This document shows positions 54,313 to 62,508 of a stretch of DNA of 64,000 bases, one piece after another (positions within the stretch are counted from its first letter, which is position 1; the number at the start of each line of letters is the position of its first letter). The notes under the pieces are model-generated. The model had not been told where the DNA came from, ran no database searches, and saw only the letters and a program-made list of their open reading frames with translations. The stretch is taken from positions 338,687 through 402,686 of the forward strand of contig CAWDEV010000003.1 of NCBI GenBank assembly GCA_963801385.1, read 5' to 3'. This DNA is from an uncultured Chloroflexia bacterium (lineage in GTDB: Bacteria > Chloroflexota > Anaerolineae > Anaerolineales > Villigracilaceae). A program made the translations under genes and the position numbers.

Positions 54313-56001
54313 TTACCTACCTCCTCCGGCGCAGGCGCAGGCGCAACCGGCGCAGGCGCAGGCGCACGCGCAGCCGCCGCTATGAAAACCGCCTCCGCCA
54401 CGGCCGCCGCCGGAGCTCTTGACGATCGGGACAGGATTGGTGCGGTTGGTGACGGCAGAGGTAAAGGATTGCGTATTACCGAGCACCTTGCTGGAGAAAT
54501 TCTGTACGCCGGTGACGACCGAGGCGGCGAAAGTTGCACCCGGCAGGCTGGCCTGTCCACCCGAGGAGGGCATCGAAGCGGTATGGGGCGTGCCGGTTGA
54601 AACCGGGCCGGTCGAGACCGGACGATAGCCGGGATCATAACGGCCCCACCACATGGGTACAAAAACCGGGCCGGTGAAGGTGCGCTGGGTGCGGTCATCG
54701 TAGTTCTTGTCAAGCATGGTCCACTCAAGGTTTTGATCGTATAGCTGGCTCTTGACCTCGGGTGTGCCAGCCGTTTCAATCTGCTGCCAGGCGCGTTCCA
54801 TGATGTCCTTGTAGAAGGCGACCGTCTCCTTGCGGCTAAAGCCTTTCATTTTTTCGGAAATACTGTTGACCAGCTTGACGGTCATTTCCTGCAGCGCTTT
54901 GCGGCGCGCGGCCAAGTCTTCCATGGCAAAGGCCTGCAGAAAATCCGTTTCGTAATCGTGCAGGTCGGCCGGCAGAGGCTCCGCCGCTTGGATCTTGAGC
55001 GGGTCACGCGTTACCACCGTGGCGGCATTTTTCTTGACCAGGCCGAACAGGATCATGGTCATGACCTTGTCGAGCGGCTCTTCCATCAGGATGCCGGCTT
55101 CAACCGCCGTCAGGCCGCGCTTGATGCCGTGCCCTTCGATCTGGATCTTCGGCGGCAGGTATTGGAGCTTGCGTTTCTTATTGTTAATCGCTCCCAGAAT
55201 TGGCGATCCGACAAAAATCAGGAGGAAGAATCCTATGCAGCAAATCGGCTGCAGATTCTTGAAAATGCCGGCAATGAAACCTCCAAAATTGAAAGCCGGG
55301 GGTGTGACGATGGTATTGGCCGGGATAATGCTCATCGGGAAGGAGGCTCCAAAGGTGTAGCGGGTGGAAGCCTTGGCGGTGGCACATTTCCAGGCATACG
55401 CAGGGCGGTTCTGATCATCTGTTCCGGTCAGAGGCTGGTCATCGCAGGGCCAGCCGCCCTGGGTGCTGTGCCAGCGCGGTTGATCCGTTGTCACTCCGGC
55501 GGGAAAATGGAAGAAGATGTCCATTTCCGTGTCACCATGCGCGGTGGTCCAATAGGCTGGAGAGAAATCTGCGCTGGCATATGCTTCCCCTTGTGACGGA
55601 TCCTTGTATAAAACACCACTGATCCCCTTGACGGTCACATGCACGCTGCCAGTGGCACCGGGTTGGATGGCATGTGAGCCCATATCCACTGCAAAGCCAT
55701 AGGGCCCGTCTCCTTGAAAATCCGAGGAAACGTTGAGCGCATCGCCATCGACATCGGCAGTGACCCTGCCCAGGTCATAGTTTCCATTGGGCATACCTAC
55801 GTCCACAAAGTCGATGACGTGAGCGCCCGGGTCGTTGACAAAGGTGAATTGGTAATCCAGGTCGAGAGTCCCGTCACTGTTCCAGAAAACATCCACGACT
55901 TCCTGGCTTACGTTGAAGGAATACGACTGGGCTGCCACATTGCTGGTGAATATGAACAACATCGCAATGAGCAGCATGGAGGCGATCAGGCGAGGTTTCA
56001 T
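54313..56001 (-). CDS. DUF2207-like exported/membrane protein with a C-terminal Gly/(Cys-Ala)n tail
   Basis: It starts at MKPRLIASMLL (signal peptide ...NVAAQ). It has an extracellular domain, TM segments and a GLTAVEAGILMEEPLDKVMTMILFGLVKKNA segment like the DUF2207 C-terminal region. The tail reads GGGRGGGGFHSGGCACACACAGCACACAGGGR. Confidence 0.65.
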   Translation of the reverse strand: MKPRLIASMLLIAMLFIFTSNVAAQSYSFNVSQEVVDVFWNSDGTLDLDYQFTFVNDPGAHVIDFVDVGMPNGNYDLGRVTADVDGDALNVSSDFQGDGPYGFAVDMGSHAIQPGATGSVHVTVKGISGVLYKDPSQGEAYASADFSPAYWTTAHGDTEMDIFFHFPAGVTTDQPRWHSTQGGWPCDDQPLTGTDDQNRPAYAWKCATAKASTRYTFGASFPMSIIPANTIVTPPAFNFGGFIAGIFKNLQPICCIGFFLLIFVGSPILGAINNKKRKLQYLPPKIQIEGHGIKRGLTAVEAGILMEEPLDKVMTMILFGLVKKNAATVVTRDPLKIQAAEPLPADLHDYETDFLQAFAMEDLAARRKALQEMTVKLVNSISEKMKGFSRKETVAFYKDIMERAWQQIETAGTPEVKSQLYDQNLEWTMLDKNYDDRTQRTFTGPVFVPMWWGRYDPGYRPVSTGPVSTGTPHTASMPSSGGQASLPGATFAASVVTGVQNFSSKVLGNTQSFTSAVTNRTNPVPIVKSSGGGRGGGGFHSGGCACACACAGCACACAGGGR

Positions 56002-56186
56002 CAGGGCCATCCTTTCAAAAACAAGAAAGAACAATTCTTGATCTTGTTCAGACTATCTATACCCGGTAATCCTGGTATTTTCATCACGAATCCAGCAAAG
56101 AATGCTGGACAGGTGGGACGAATTATCCGAACGGTACGAATGTTATTTGTCTCATCGTGGTATTCGGGGCATTCGTAATCAGGAAT

Positions 56187-56582
56187 TTACCACTTGGGTT
56201 CTTCGGTCAATTGATACACGGTACCACAGAACGGACAGGTGACCATGGGGGCACCATTGACCAGCTTGATATTGTCGGCGGTCAATACGCCACCGCAGGA
56301 TTTGCATTTCATGGCGTCGATCTTGGTCTCCCCGGGCAGGTCCACTTTGAGGGTGACGTTCTGGGCGGTTTCCTGGCGGGTCCTGCGGGCAGCCACAACG
56401 AGCATGGCAACCCCGGCAACCAGGGCCAGCAGGCCAAGGACCACCCCCGTACTGCCAATGCCGGTCACGCCTTGTGCACCCCCTGAGGCACCCAGCAGGA
56501 TAAAGCCTCCAACACAAATCCCGGCAGCAGCCAACACCAGAAGGATGACTGCTCCTATATATATTCCGGTTGAAGATTTCAT
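56187..56582 (-). CDS. Two-TM membrane protein with a C-terminal zinc ribbon
   Basis: 131 aa with two Gly/Ala/Val-rich helices followed by CKSCGG...CPFCG. Confidence 0.6.
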   Translation of the reverse strand: MKSSTGIYIGAVILLVLAAAGICVGGFILLGASGGAQGVTGIGSTGVVLGLLALVAGVAMLVVAARRTRQETAQNVTLKVDLPGETKIDAMKCKSCGGVLTADNIKLVNGAPMVTCPFCGTVYQLTEEPKW

Positions 56583-56682
56583 TCCGACCTCCGTGAGTAT
56601 CTATTGATATACGTGTCCGCAGGGGATAGTGTAGCATGAACTTGGGCGGGTGACAAATGATTTTTGACCGGAGAATACAAGT

Positions 56683-56721
56683 ACACAGGTATACAGGTAA
56701 TCAGGTAACCAGGTGATCAGG
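56683..56721. repeat. Five phased 8-bp CAGGTA-type repeats (CAGG at 56686, 56694, 56702, 56710, 56718)
   Basis: Positions were counted by hand. The array lies in a divergent promoter region. Confidence 0.8.
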
Positions 56722-56860
56722 GAAGGGAAGAACGGCAGGTGCAGAAAATCGATCCCACCCGGCACGATTTTATGATATAACCGCAATCTATGGGGCGATA
56801 ATCCACCAAAACTCTGAGACTCTGAAGGTCTTGGGAACCTTTAGGTTTTGAAAGGATACA

Positions 56861-58504
56861 ATGCAAAAGAAAGTCGTCCTCGCGGCTGCGCTGGGGGAAT
56901 GTGTCCACGTGGCAGGAGTTTCCAATTTCCTGCGCCTGGCAGAGGCGGCTGGCTGGCAGACGATCTTTCTGGGCCCGGCGGTGCCGATCGAACGCGTGCT
57001 GGAAGCTGCCAGAAAAGAAAAGGCCGACCTGGTGGGTGTCTCGTACCGGTTGACACCCGAAACCGGCGAGCGCCTGCTGGGAGAGTTCGCCGAGGCCGCA
57101 TCTGAACTGCGCGAAAGCGGCGTCCGCTTTGCCTTCGGGGGGACGCCGCCGGTGGCGGAAAGGGCCAGCCGACTTGGCTTTTTCGAGCGGATTTTTGATG
57201 GAAGTGAATTGCCCGAACAGGTGCTGGCATACCTGAAAGGCCAGACAGGCCCGGGCAGCTCGGCAGTGGATTATCCGCAGACGATGGTGGAGCGCATCCA
57301 GTGGAAGAGCCCTTACCCCATCCTGCGCCATCACTTTGGACAGCCGACCATGGAAGAGACCGAGCGCGGTATCGAGAAGATCGCCGAGGCGCAAGCACTG
57401 GACGTCATCTCGCTGGGGATCGACCAGGATGCGCAGGAGAACTTTTTCCATCCCGAACGGCAAGATCCACGCCGGAAGGGGGCGGGAGGCGTGCCGGTAC
57501 GCAGTGCAGAGGATTACCGGAGGCTGTATGCCGCCAGCCGGCGGGGAAATTTCCCGCTGCTGCGAACCTACTCCGGCACGGACGATTTCATCCGGCTGGC
57601 TGAAATGTACGTGGAAACCATCAAGATGGCCTGGTGCGCCATCCCGCTCTTCTGGTTTAACCGGATGGATGGGCGCGGGCCGTGGGACCTGGAAGGCTCC
57701 ATCCGGGAGCACCAGCAGGTGATGCGCTGGTACGGCGGGCGCGGCATCCCGGTGGAGTTGAACGAAGCGCATCACTGGGGCATGCGGGATGCGCCGGATG
57801 TGGTCTTTGTGGCGGCGGCATTCCTCTCAGCCTATAACGCCAGGAAGTTTGGCGTGCGGGATTATGTCGCACAATTGATGTTCAACAGCCCGCCCGGCCT
57901 GACGGACGCGATGGACCTGGCAAAGATGGCTGCGGTGCTGGAATTAATCGGGCCGCTGAGGGGCAAAGGTTTCTCGATTTGGAAGCAGACGCGCACCGGG
58001 CTGCTCAGTTACCCCTTGAACGCGGATGCGGCACGCGGACACCTGGCAGCCAGCATTTACCTGCAGATGGCGCTGAAACCGGATATCATTCACATTGTTG
58101 GGCATACCGAGGCGCACCACGCTGCGACGGCGGAGGATGTGATCGAGGCCAGCCAGATCGCCCGGCGCTCGATCGAGAACTCCGTGCGCGGCGCGCCGGA
58201 GATGACCTGGGACCCGGCGGTGCAGAGGCGCAAGGAGGAACTGCTGGCCGAAGCCCGGATCACGCTGGAGGCGATACGCGGGCTGGCGCGGGCGGGCACG
58301 GCAGACCCCTGGACGGATGCCGCCACCCTTGCGAAGGCAGTGACCTCCGGCATCCTGGACGCGCCGCAGTTAAAGAATAATCCCTTCGCACGAGGGCAGG
58401 TGCGCACGCATATCCTCAACGGGCAGTGCGTTGCCGTGAATCCAAACGGGCAACCCATCAGCGAGTCTGAACGTCTCACCACACTGGCAAAGGAGCAAGC
58501 ATGA
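56861..58504 (+). CDS. Fusion of a B12-binding-like Rossmann domain (CxHxxG variant) with a glutamate-mutase-E-like TIM barrel
   Basis: The N-terminus KKVVLAAALGECVHVAGVSNF...KADLVGVS aligns, from memory, to GlmS KKTIVLGVIGSDCHAVGNKIL...KADAILVS. The C-terminal IIHIVGHTEAH... and GILDAPQLKNNPFARGQVRTHILNGQCVAV resemble GlmE VIVKTPHEA... and [29 protein letters not shown]. Confidence 0.6.
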   Translation: MQKKVVLAAALGECVHVAGVSNFLRLAEAAGWQTIFLGPAVPIERVLEAARKEKADLVGVSYRLTPETGERLLGEFAEAASELRESGVRFAFGGTPPVAERASRLGFFERIFDGSELPEQVLAYLKGQTGPGSSAVDYPQTMVERIQWKSPYPILRHHFGQPTMEETERGIEKIAEAQALDVISLGIDQDAQENFFHPERQDPRRKGAGGVPVRSAEDYRRLYAASRRGNFPLLRTYSGTDDFIRLAEMYVETIKMAWCAIPLFWFNRMDGRGPWDLEGSIREHQQVMRWYGGRGIPVELNEAHHWGMRDAPDVVFVAAAFLSAYNARKFGVRDYVAQLMFNSPPGLTDAMDLAKMAAVLELIGPLRGKGFSIWKQTRTGLLSYPLNADAARGHLAASIYLQMALKPDIIHIVGHTEAHHAATAEDVIEASQIARRSIENSVRGAPEMTWDPAVQRRKEELLAEARITLEAIRGLARAGTADPWTDAATLAKAVTSGILDAPQLKNNPFARGQVRTHILNGQCVAVNPNGQPISESERLTTLAKEQA

Positions 58505-59607
58505 ACACCCCTGAAAGATACACCGTAATCGGCGCCGGGCATGGCGGCAAGGCCATGGCGGCCCACCTGGCGTTGATGAAATTGAAGGTCACGTTGTATA
58601 ACCGCACGTTCGACCATATCAGTGTGATCAAAAAACGCGGCGGGATTGAACTGGAAAGCGCCGGGGACGGGCCGCACGGGTTTGGCAAGCTCGTCACTGT
58701 GACCTCGGATATGGGCGAGGCGCTCAAGAAAGCCCAGATGATCATGGTGGTGGTGCCATCTTCCGCGCACGCAGATATTGCCAAAGCCGCCGCCAAATAT
58801 CTTAAGAATGGACAGATCATCGTCCTTCATCCGGGGCGCACCTGCGGGGCGCTGGAATTTGCCAAAGTGCTGCGGGATGAGGGCTGCACGGCGGATGTCA
58901 TCATTTCAGAAGCCGAGACATTCATTTATGCCAGCCGCTCGGACGGACCGGCCCAGGCGCGCATTTTCCGCATCAAGGAAGCCGTCCCGCTGGCAGCGCT
59001 GCCGGCGGTACGGAATGAACAGGTACTGGAGGCCATCGGAACCATCTATCCCCAGTTCATCGATGGCGTGAATGTATTGAATACCGGTCTGAATAATATG
59101 GGGGCGATCTTTCACCCGGCGCTGACACTGCTCAATGCAGGCTGGATCGAGGCCACGCATGGCGATTACCAGTTCTATATTGATGGCGTGACCCCTTCGG
59201 TGGCGCGCGTGCTGGAGACGCTTGACCGTGAACGCGTGACGGTGGCCTCGAGCCTGGGAATCCGCGCCCAAACCGGTTTGGAATGGCTCAAAATGGCTTA
59301 TGATACCACCGGCGAGGATCTGCTGGAGGCCATCCACAACCAGCCGGGTTATTACGGCATCAAAGCACCGAGTACGCTGGGACACCGTTATATTTTCGAG
59401 GATGTGCCGATGAGCCTGGTGCCAATCGCCTCGCTGGGCGAGAGGTTTGGCGTGTCGGTGAGCGGGATGGACAGCATCATCCGCCTGGCGTGTATCGTGC
59501 ACCGCACCGACTACTGGAAACGCGGCCGCACCGTGGATAAGCTGGGCATCGGTGACCTGAGCGTGGCGGAGCTGATGCGGTATGTAAACGAGGGGGTGAG
59601 GGATTAA
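58501..59607 (+). CDS. Opine (octopine/nopaline) dehydrogenase-family NAD(P) oxidoreductase
   Basis: 368 aa with YTVIGAGHGGKAMAAHLA (Rossmann) and NMGAIFHPALTLLNAGWIE. It forms an ATGA overlap with the upstream gene. Confidence 0.8.
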   Translation: MNTPERYTVIGAGHGGKAMAAHLALMKLKVTLYNRTFDHISVIKKRGGIELESAGDGPHGFGKLVTVTSDMGEALKKAQMIMVVVPSSAHADIAKAAAKYLKNGQIIVLHPGRTCGALEFAKVLRDEGCTADVIISEAETFIYASRSDGPAQARIFRIKEAVPLAALPAVRNEQVLEAIGTIYPQFIDGVNVLNTGLNNMGAIFHPALTLLNAGWIEATHGDYQFYIDGVTPSVARVLETLDRERVTVASSLGIRAQTGLEWLKMAYDTTGEDLLEAIHNQPGYYGIKAPSTLGHRYIFEDVPMSLVPIASLGERFGVSVSGMDSIIRLACIVHRTDYWKRGRTVDKLGIGDLSVAELMRYVNEGVRD

Positions 59608-59618
59608 GAAACAGCGGT

Positions 59619-59660
59619 ATTCGTGATTCGGTATTCGGAATTCGTAATTCGGGTATTCGT
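59619..59660. repeat. Six ATTCG motifs at 7-8-bp spacing (59619, 59626, 59633, 59640, 59647, 59655)
   Basis: Counted by hand. It belongs to the same motif family as the arrays at 12302-12315/14164-14245 and 56119-56175. Confidence 0.8.
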
Positions 59661-60062
59661 TCCGCGGAACGACGGAGGAACGACTATTTCTCTCACGAGT
59701 TCGTTTCGGAATATTCTGTTGTCAAGGTGCGGTAGAAGGAAATGGCAGGAGGCGGGTAACTTTCAACAAACATAAAACAAATGTTCTAATTTGTCAAGCA
59801 TTTGGGGGCAATCACGGCTTTGATATTTTCAGGGAGTGAAGCAATGTCCAAGGATTTAACCCCCTTGTCCTGCCCGCTCCGGGGACACGGCGGACAAAAA
59901 TGGCATGCGTACTTCAAGAGAAATGATAAAGTCCTGTTCAGAAATTTACGCCTTTCCTACTTGCCAAAGGCCGCTCGCCAAGTGTACAATCATATAAATT
60001 ATCGGTGGGCTTTCCATGTGGTCATGGGATAGGCCTGCGTGATGGGGATTCAACCCCCTTAT

Positions 60063-60168
60063 TGCGGGGGCGAGACCCCCATAGTGCGGGGGCGAGACCC
60101 CCAGCGTGCGGGGGCGAGACCCCCAGCGTGCGGGGGCGAGACCCCCAGCGTGCGGGGGCGAGACCCCC
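60063..60168. repeat. Five tandem copies of the 22-mer TGCGGGGGCGAGACCCCCAGCG, each a G5/C5 hairpin
   Basis: Unit starts lie at 60063, 60085, 60107, 60129 and 60151. There are no spacers between units. Confidence 0.9.
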
Positions 60169-60219
60169 AAACATCAGCCCCTGATACCCTTGCGTGCGGC
60201 GAACTGCTGTGCAGTACAC

Positions 60220-60276
60220 GTACCACTTCGTGGCACAGGTACCACTTCGTGGCACAGGTACCACTTCGTGGCACAA
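60220..60276. repeat. Three tandem copies of the 19-mer GTACCACTTCGTGGCACAG
   Basis: Unit starts lie at 60220, 60239 and 60258. Each unit is a near-palindrome. Confidence 0.9.
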
Positions 60277-60291
60277 GTAGTTCAACCCGGT

Positions 60292-60348
60292 TTGATGCGG
60301 CGGCGCAGGAATCCGTTGTTTCAACTCGCGCTCTTCCCGCCGCATCAA
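60292..60348. repeat. 12-bp inverted repeat TTGATGCGGCGG ... CCGCCGCATCAA with a 33-nt loop
   Basis: I checked the reverse complement by hand. Confidence 0.75.
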
Positions 60349-60554
60349 CCCTTAATCGATGGGCAGCGCCACTGGTTTTATTGAAAAAACTAACGGTACA
60401 TTATAAAATGAAGTGTGATTGAAAAGATGGTGACGTGGAATCCGTGATACAAAGCATATGGGCAAGTCAACCACATCAAAAACAAACAGTTATCATTGAT
60501 AAATTCGTTGTGTAATCAGGTAATTCACTCATGACAAAATAAGGAGATTGTTTC

Positions 60555-61604
60555 ATGAATCAAAATAAGTTGTTGATCATGGGCCTCATCAGTCTCATAA
60601 TAATCCTCGTTACCTTTTCGCCAATTGGATCAGCAGAAGGTGAAACACTTCCATATCAAATCTATCTTCCTCTGGTAAGCAAACCGCTTTTAGAACATCC
60701 GCCAGTAGCTGTAGATGACACTTACAGCACAAATAAGGATACACAACTGGTTGTGAATGCGCCCGGGGTATTGGAAAATGACAGCGACGCTGATGGCGAT
60801 ACCCTGACAGCGGTTTGGGTTAGTGATCCAGCACACGGGAATTTGACCATCAACGGGGATGGTTCGTTCACCTATACGCCGGATGCCGGTTATGAAGGCT
60901 CTGACAGCTTTACCTACAAGGTATTTGATGGCGGACTGGAAAGCAATGTCGCCACGGTCACCATCACAATTAATGCGAACAGCCCATCATGTTCAACAGC
61001 CCCTACACTTATTTCTCCCAGCAATGGAAGTAATCCGAACACGCTTATCCCAACGTTCCAATGGAACAACGGCAATGTATCAGAGGTAACTGAGGTAAAT
61101 TTATTACTTTTATTGCATGAGGATGACTTTCCAAATGATTGGGTGTATTGGGCAACTTCGTATGACAGCAGTTTTGATGAAGAGCGCTATGATGTAACAA
61201 ATCTGGCCCCTGCTACTACCTATTATTGGAAAGTCTGGTTAAAGTGTGGTGAGATTGAAAGCCCGCATTCAGAAATGCGGTCATTCACCACAGGTTCAGA
61301 TGGTATTATCTTACCCGCACCAGTTTTAATCTCCCCCGCTGACGGAAGTGAAATTTGGTCGGACGATTTACCAGTGATATTGCAGTGGTCAGCGGTAACG
61401 GGAGCAGAAGAATATAAGGTTGTTTTAATGAAGTGGAACGCGGGTATTTGGTATCGTGTTTGGTCAACGATCGTAACTGAAACAGAAGCCAATATTCCTG
61501 ATCCGTTAACGCAAAACTCAGACTATAAATGGTGGATTCAACCAATAAATGATTATGCAATTGGCATAAGGTCAGCGGAGTGGGGGTTCACCACGTTTGA
61601 ATAA
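60555..61604 (+). CDS. Secreted protein: cadherin-like/VCBS-type Ig domain followed by two FN3-like modules
   Basis: It has a signal peptide. VAVDDTYSTNKDTQLVV..GVLENDSDADGDTL..GSFTYTPDAGYEGSDSFTYKV is typical of cadherin-like repeats. Two P.LISP..GS...P...W modules follow. Confidence 0.7.
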   Translation: MNQNKLLIMGLISLIIILVTFSPIGSAEGETLPYQIYLPLVSKPLLEHPPVAVDDTYSTNKDTQLVVNAPGVLENDSDADGDTLTAVWVSDPAHGNLTINGDGSFTYTPDAGYEGSDSFTYKVFDGGLESNVATVTITINANSPSCSTAPTLISPSNGSNPNTLIPTFQWNNGNVSEVTEVNLLLLLHEDDFPNDWVYWATSYDSSFDEERYDVTNLAPATTYYWKVWLKCGEIESPHSEMRSFTTGSDGIILPAPVLISPADGSEIWSDDLPVILQWSAVTGAEEYKVVLMKWNAGIWYRVWSTIVTETEANIPDPLTQNSDYKWWIQPINDYAIGIRSAEWGFTTFE

Positions 61605-61646
61605 GTGTATCCATTGCAGTAGTCAGCTTGAAAGTGAGACCGAAGA

Positions 61647-62270
61647 TTGAAAGGCTGTGAATTGAAGGATAGAAAAGTAATACTTATTACAGGCCCGGCA
61701 GGAAGCGGAAAAACCAGTCTTGCCGAGAGAATCGCGCAAAACGATAACTGGATCCACGCTTCTGAAGATTTACATTGGGTCGAAATCAAAAAAGGCCATC
61801 CGGTGGGAGAAGGCCGTACTCCCGAAGAACAAAGGATTGTTCAGCCTGCTGTCGTTCATCAAGTAAGAGATTTGCTTTCCAAGGGAAATAATGTAGTTCT
61901 TGAATTCATCAATTATGAAAATCCTCCCAAGCCTTTGATCTACTATTACGAAGAACTGCTTAGAGATACCAGCCAGATTTTCGTTGCGGTACTTCGGCCG
62001 AATGAATCGGCTATTATGGATAGGAAAAAGAAGCGCGGCAGGGTAAATGACCAAGATTATGAGAAGGAATTGAAGAACTCAAGGCACCAACTTGCCTGCC
62101 TTGAGTCAAGTTACATCAGAGAGGAATGGGCTATTGATAATTCCGACATGACAGTGGAAAAAACATACGCCAAACATATTCTTGCTTTTGTTGAGGAAAA
62201 CGCCCAACACCCCCATCCTGGGGGCAGGCCGGCTCCCCGAAAGTACACCCTAAAAAACATAGGGCCCTGA
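61647..62270 (+). CDS. P-loop NTPase/kinase (AAA_33 / shikimate-kinase-like)
   Basis: It has the Walker A motif ITGPAGSGKTSLA. It appears to use a TTG start, and the start is uncertain. Confidence 0.6.
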   Translation: MKGCELKDRKVILITGPAGSGKTSLAERIAQNDNWIHASEDLHWVEIKKGHPVGEGRTPEEQRIVQPAVVHQVRDLLSKGNNVVLEFINYENPPKPLIYYYEELLRDTSQIFVAVLRPNESAIMDRKKKRGRVNDQDYEKELKNSRHQLACLESSYIREEWAIDNSDMTVEKTYAKHILAFVEENAQHPHPGGRPAPRKYTLKNIGP

Positions 62271-62285
62271 AAGAGCACAGGACAA

Positions 62286-62390
62286 GCAGGCGGGGCAGGT
62301 CAGCTGACCGCCTTACCCCTTCGCCCTTTCAGGGTGCAGGCGGGGCACCCTGCAAAGTACGCAGGACAGGCAGGTCGGCGGAAGTACGCG
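62286..62390. repeat. Interspersed repeat modules shared with 30721-30826 (GCAGGCGGGGCAGG, CCCTGCAAAGTACGC, GCAGGACAGGCAGG, AAGTACGCG)
   Basis: Direct comparison of the two regions. Confidence 0.65.
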
Positions 62391-62508
62391 GCGGGCATTT
62401 GGCAGAAAAAATGGTTTTCAGTCGTAGCGACTCGCCTGTCCCGGCGTCGGGTGAGCCAAGCCGTTGGGCGGCTGGATCGGAAAAACAGTGAGGTGCAAAT
62501 TGGATTCC

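Noticed and set aside
56717-57775. 352-aa minus-strand ORF (with 56841..57398 and others) opposite the mutase-like gene
   Set aside because: It is Arg/Pro/Ala-rich low-complexity translation lying antisense to a well-supported plus-strand gene. This is a typical GC-rich shadow ORF with no recognisable motifs.
60039-60422. ORFs across the 22-mer/19-mer arrays (60039..60422 +, 60022..60348 -, 59946..60170 -), and the idea that the arrays are a CRISPR locus
   Set aside because: The peptides are periodic translations of tandem repeats. The repeats are directly adjacent with no unique spacers, and no cas genes are in the window, so this is not CRISPR and not coding.
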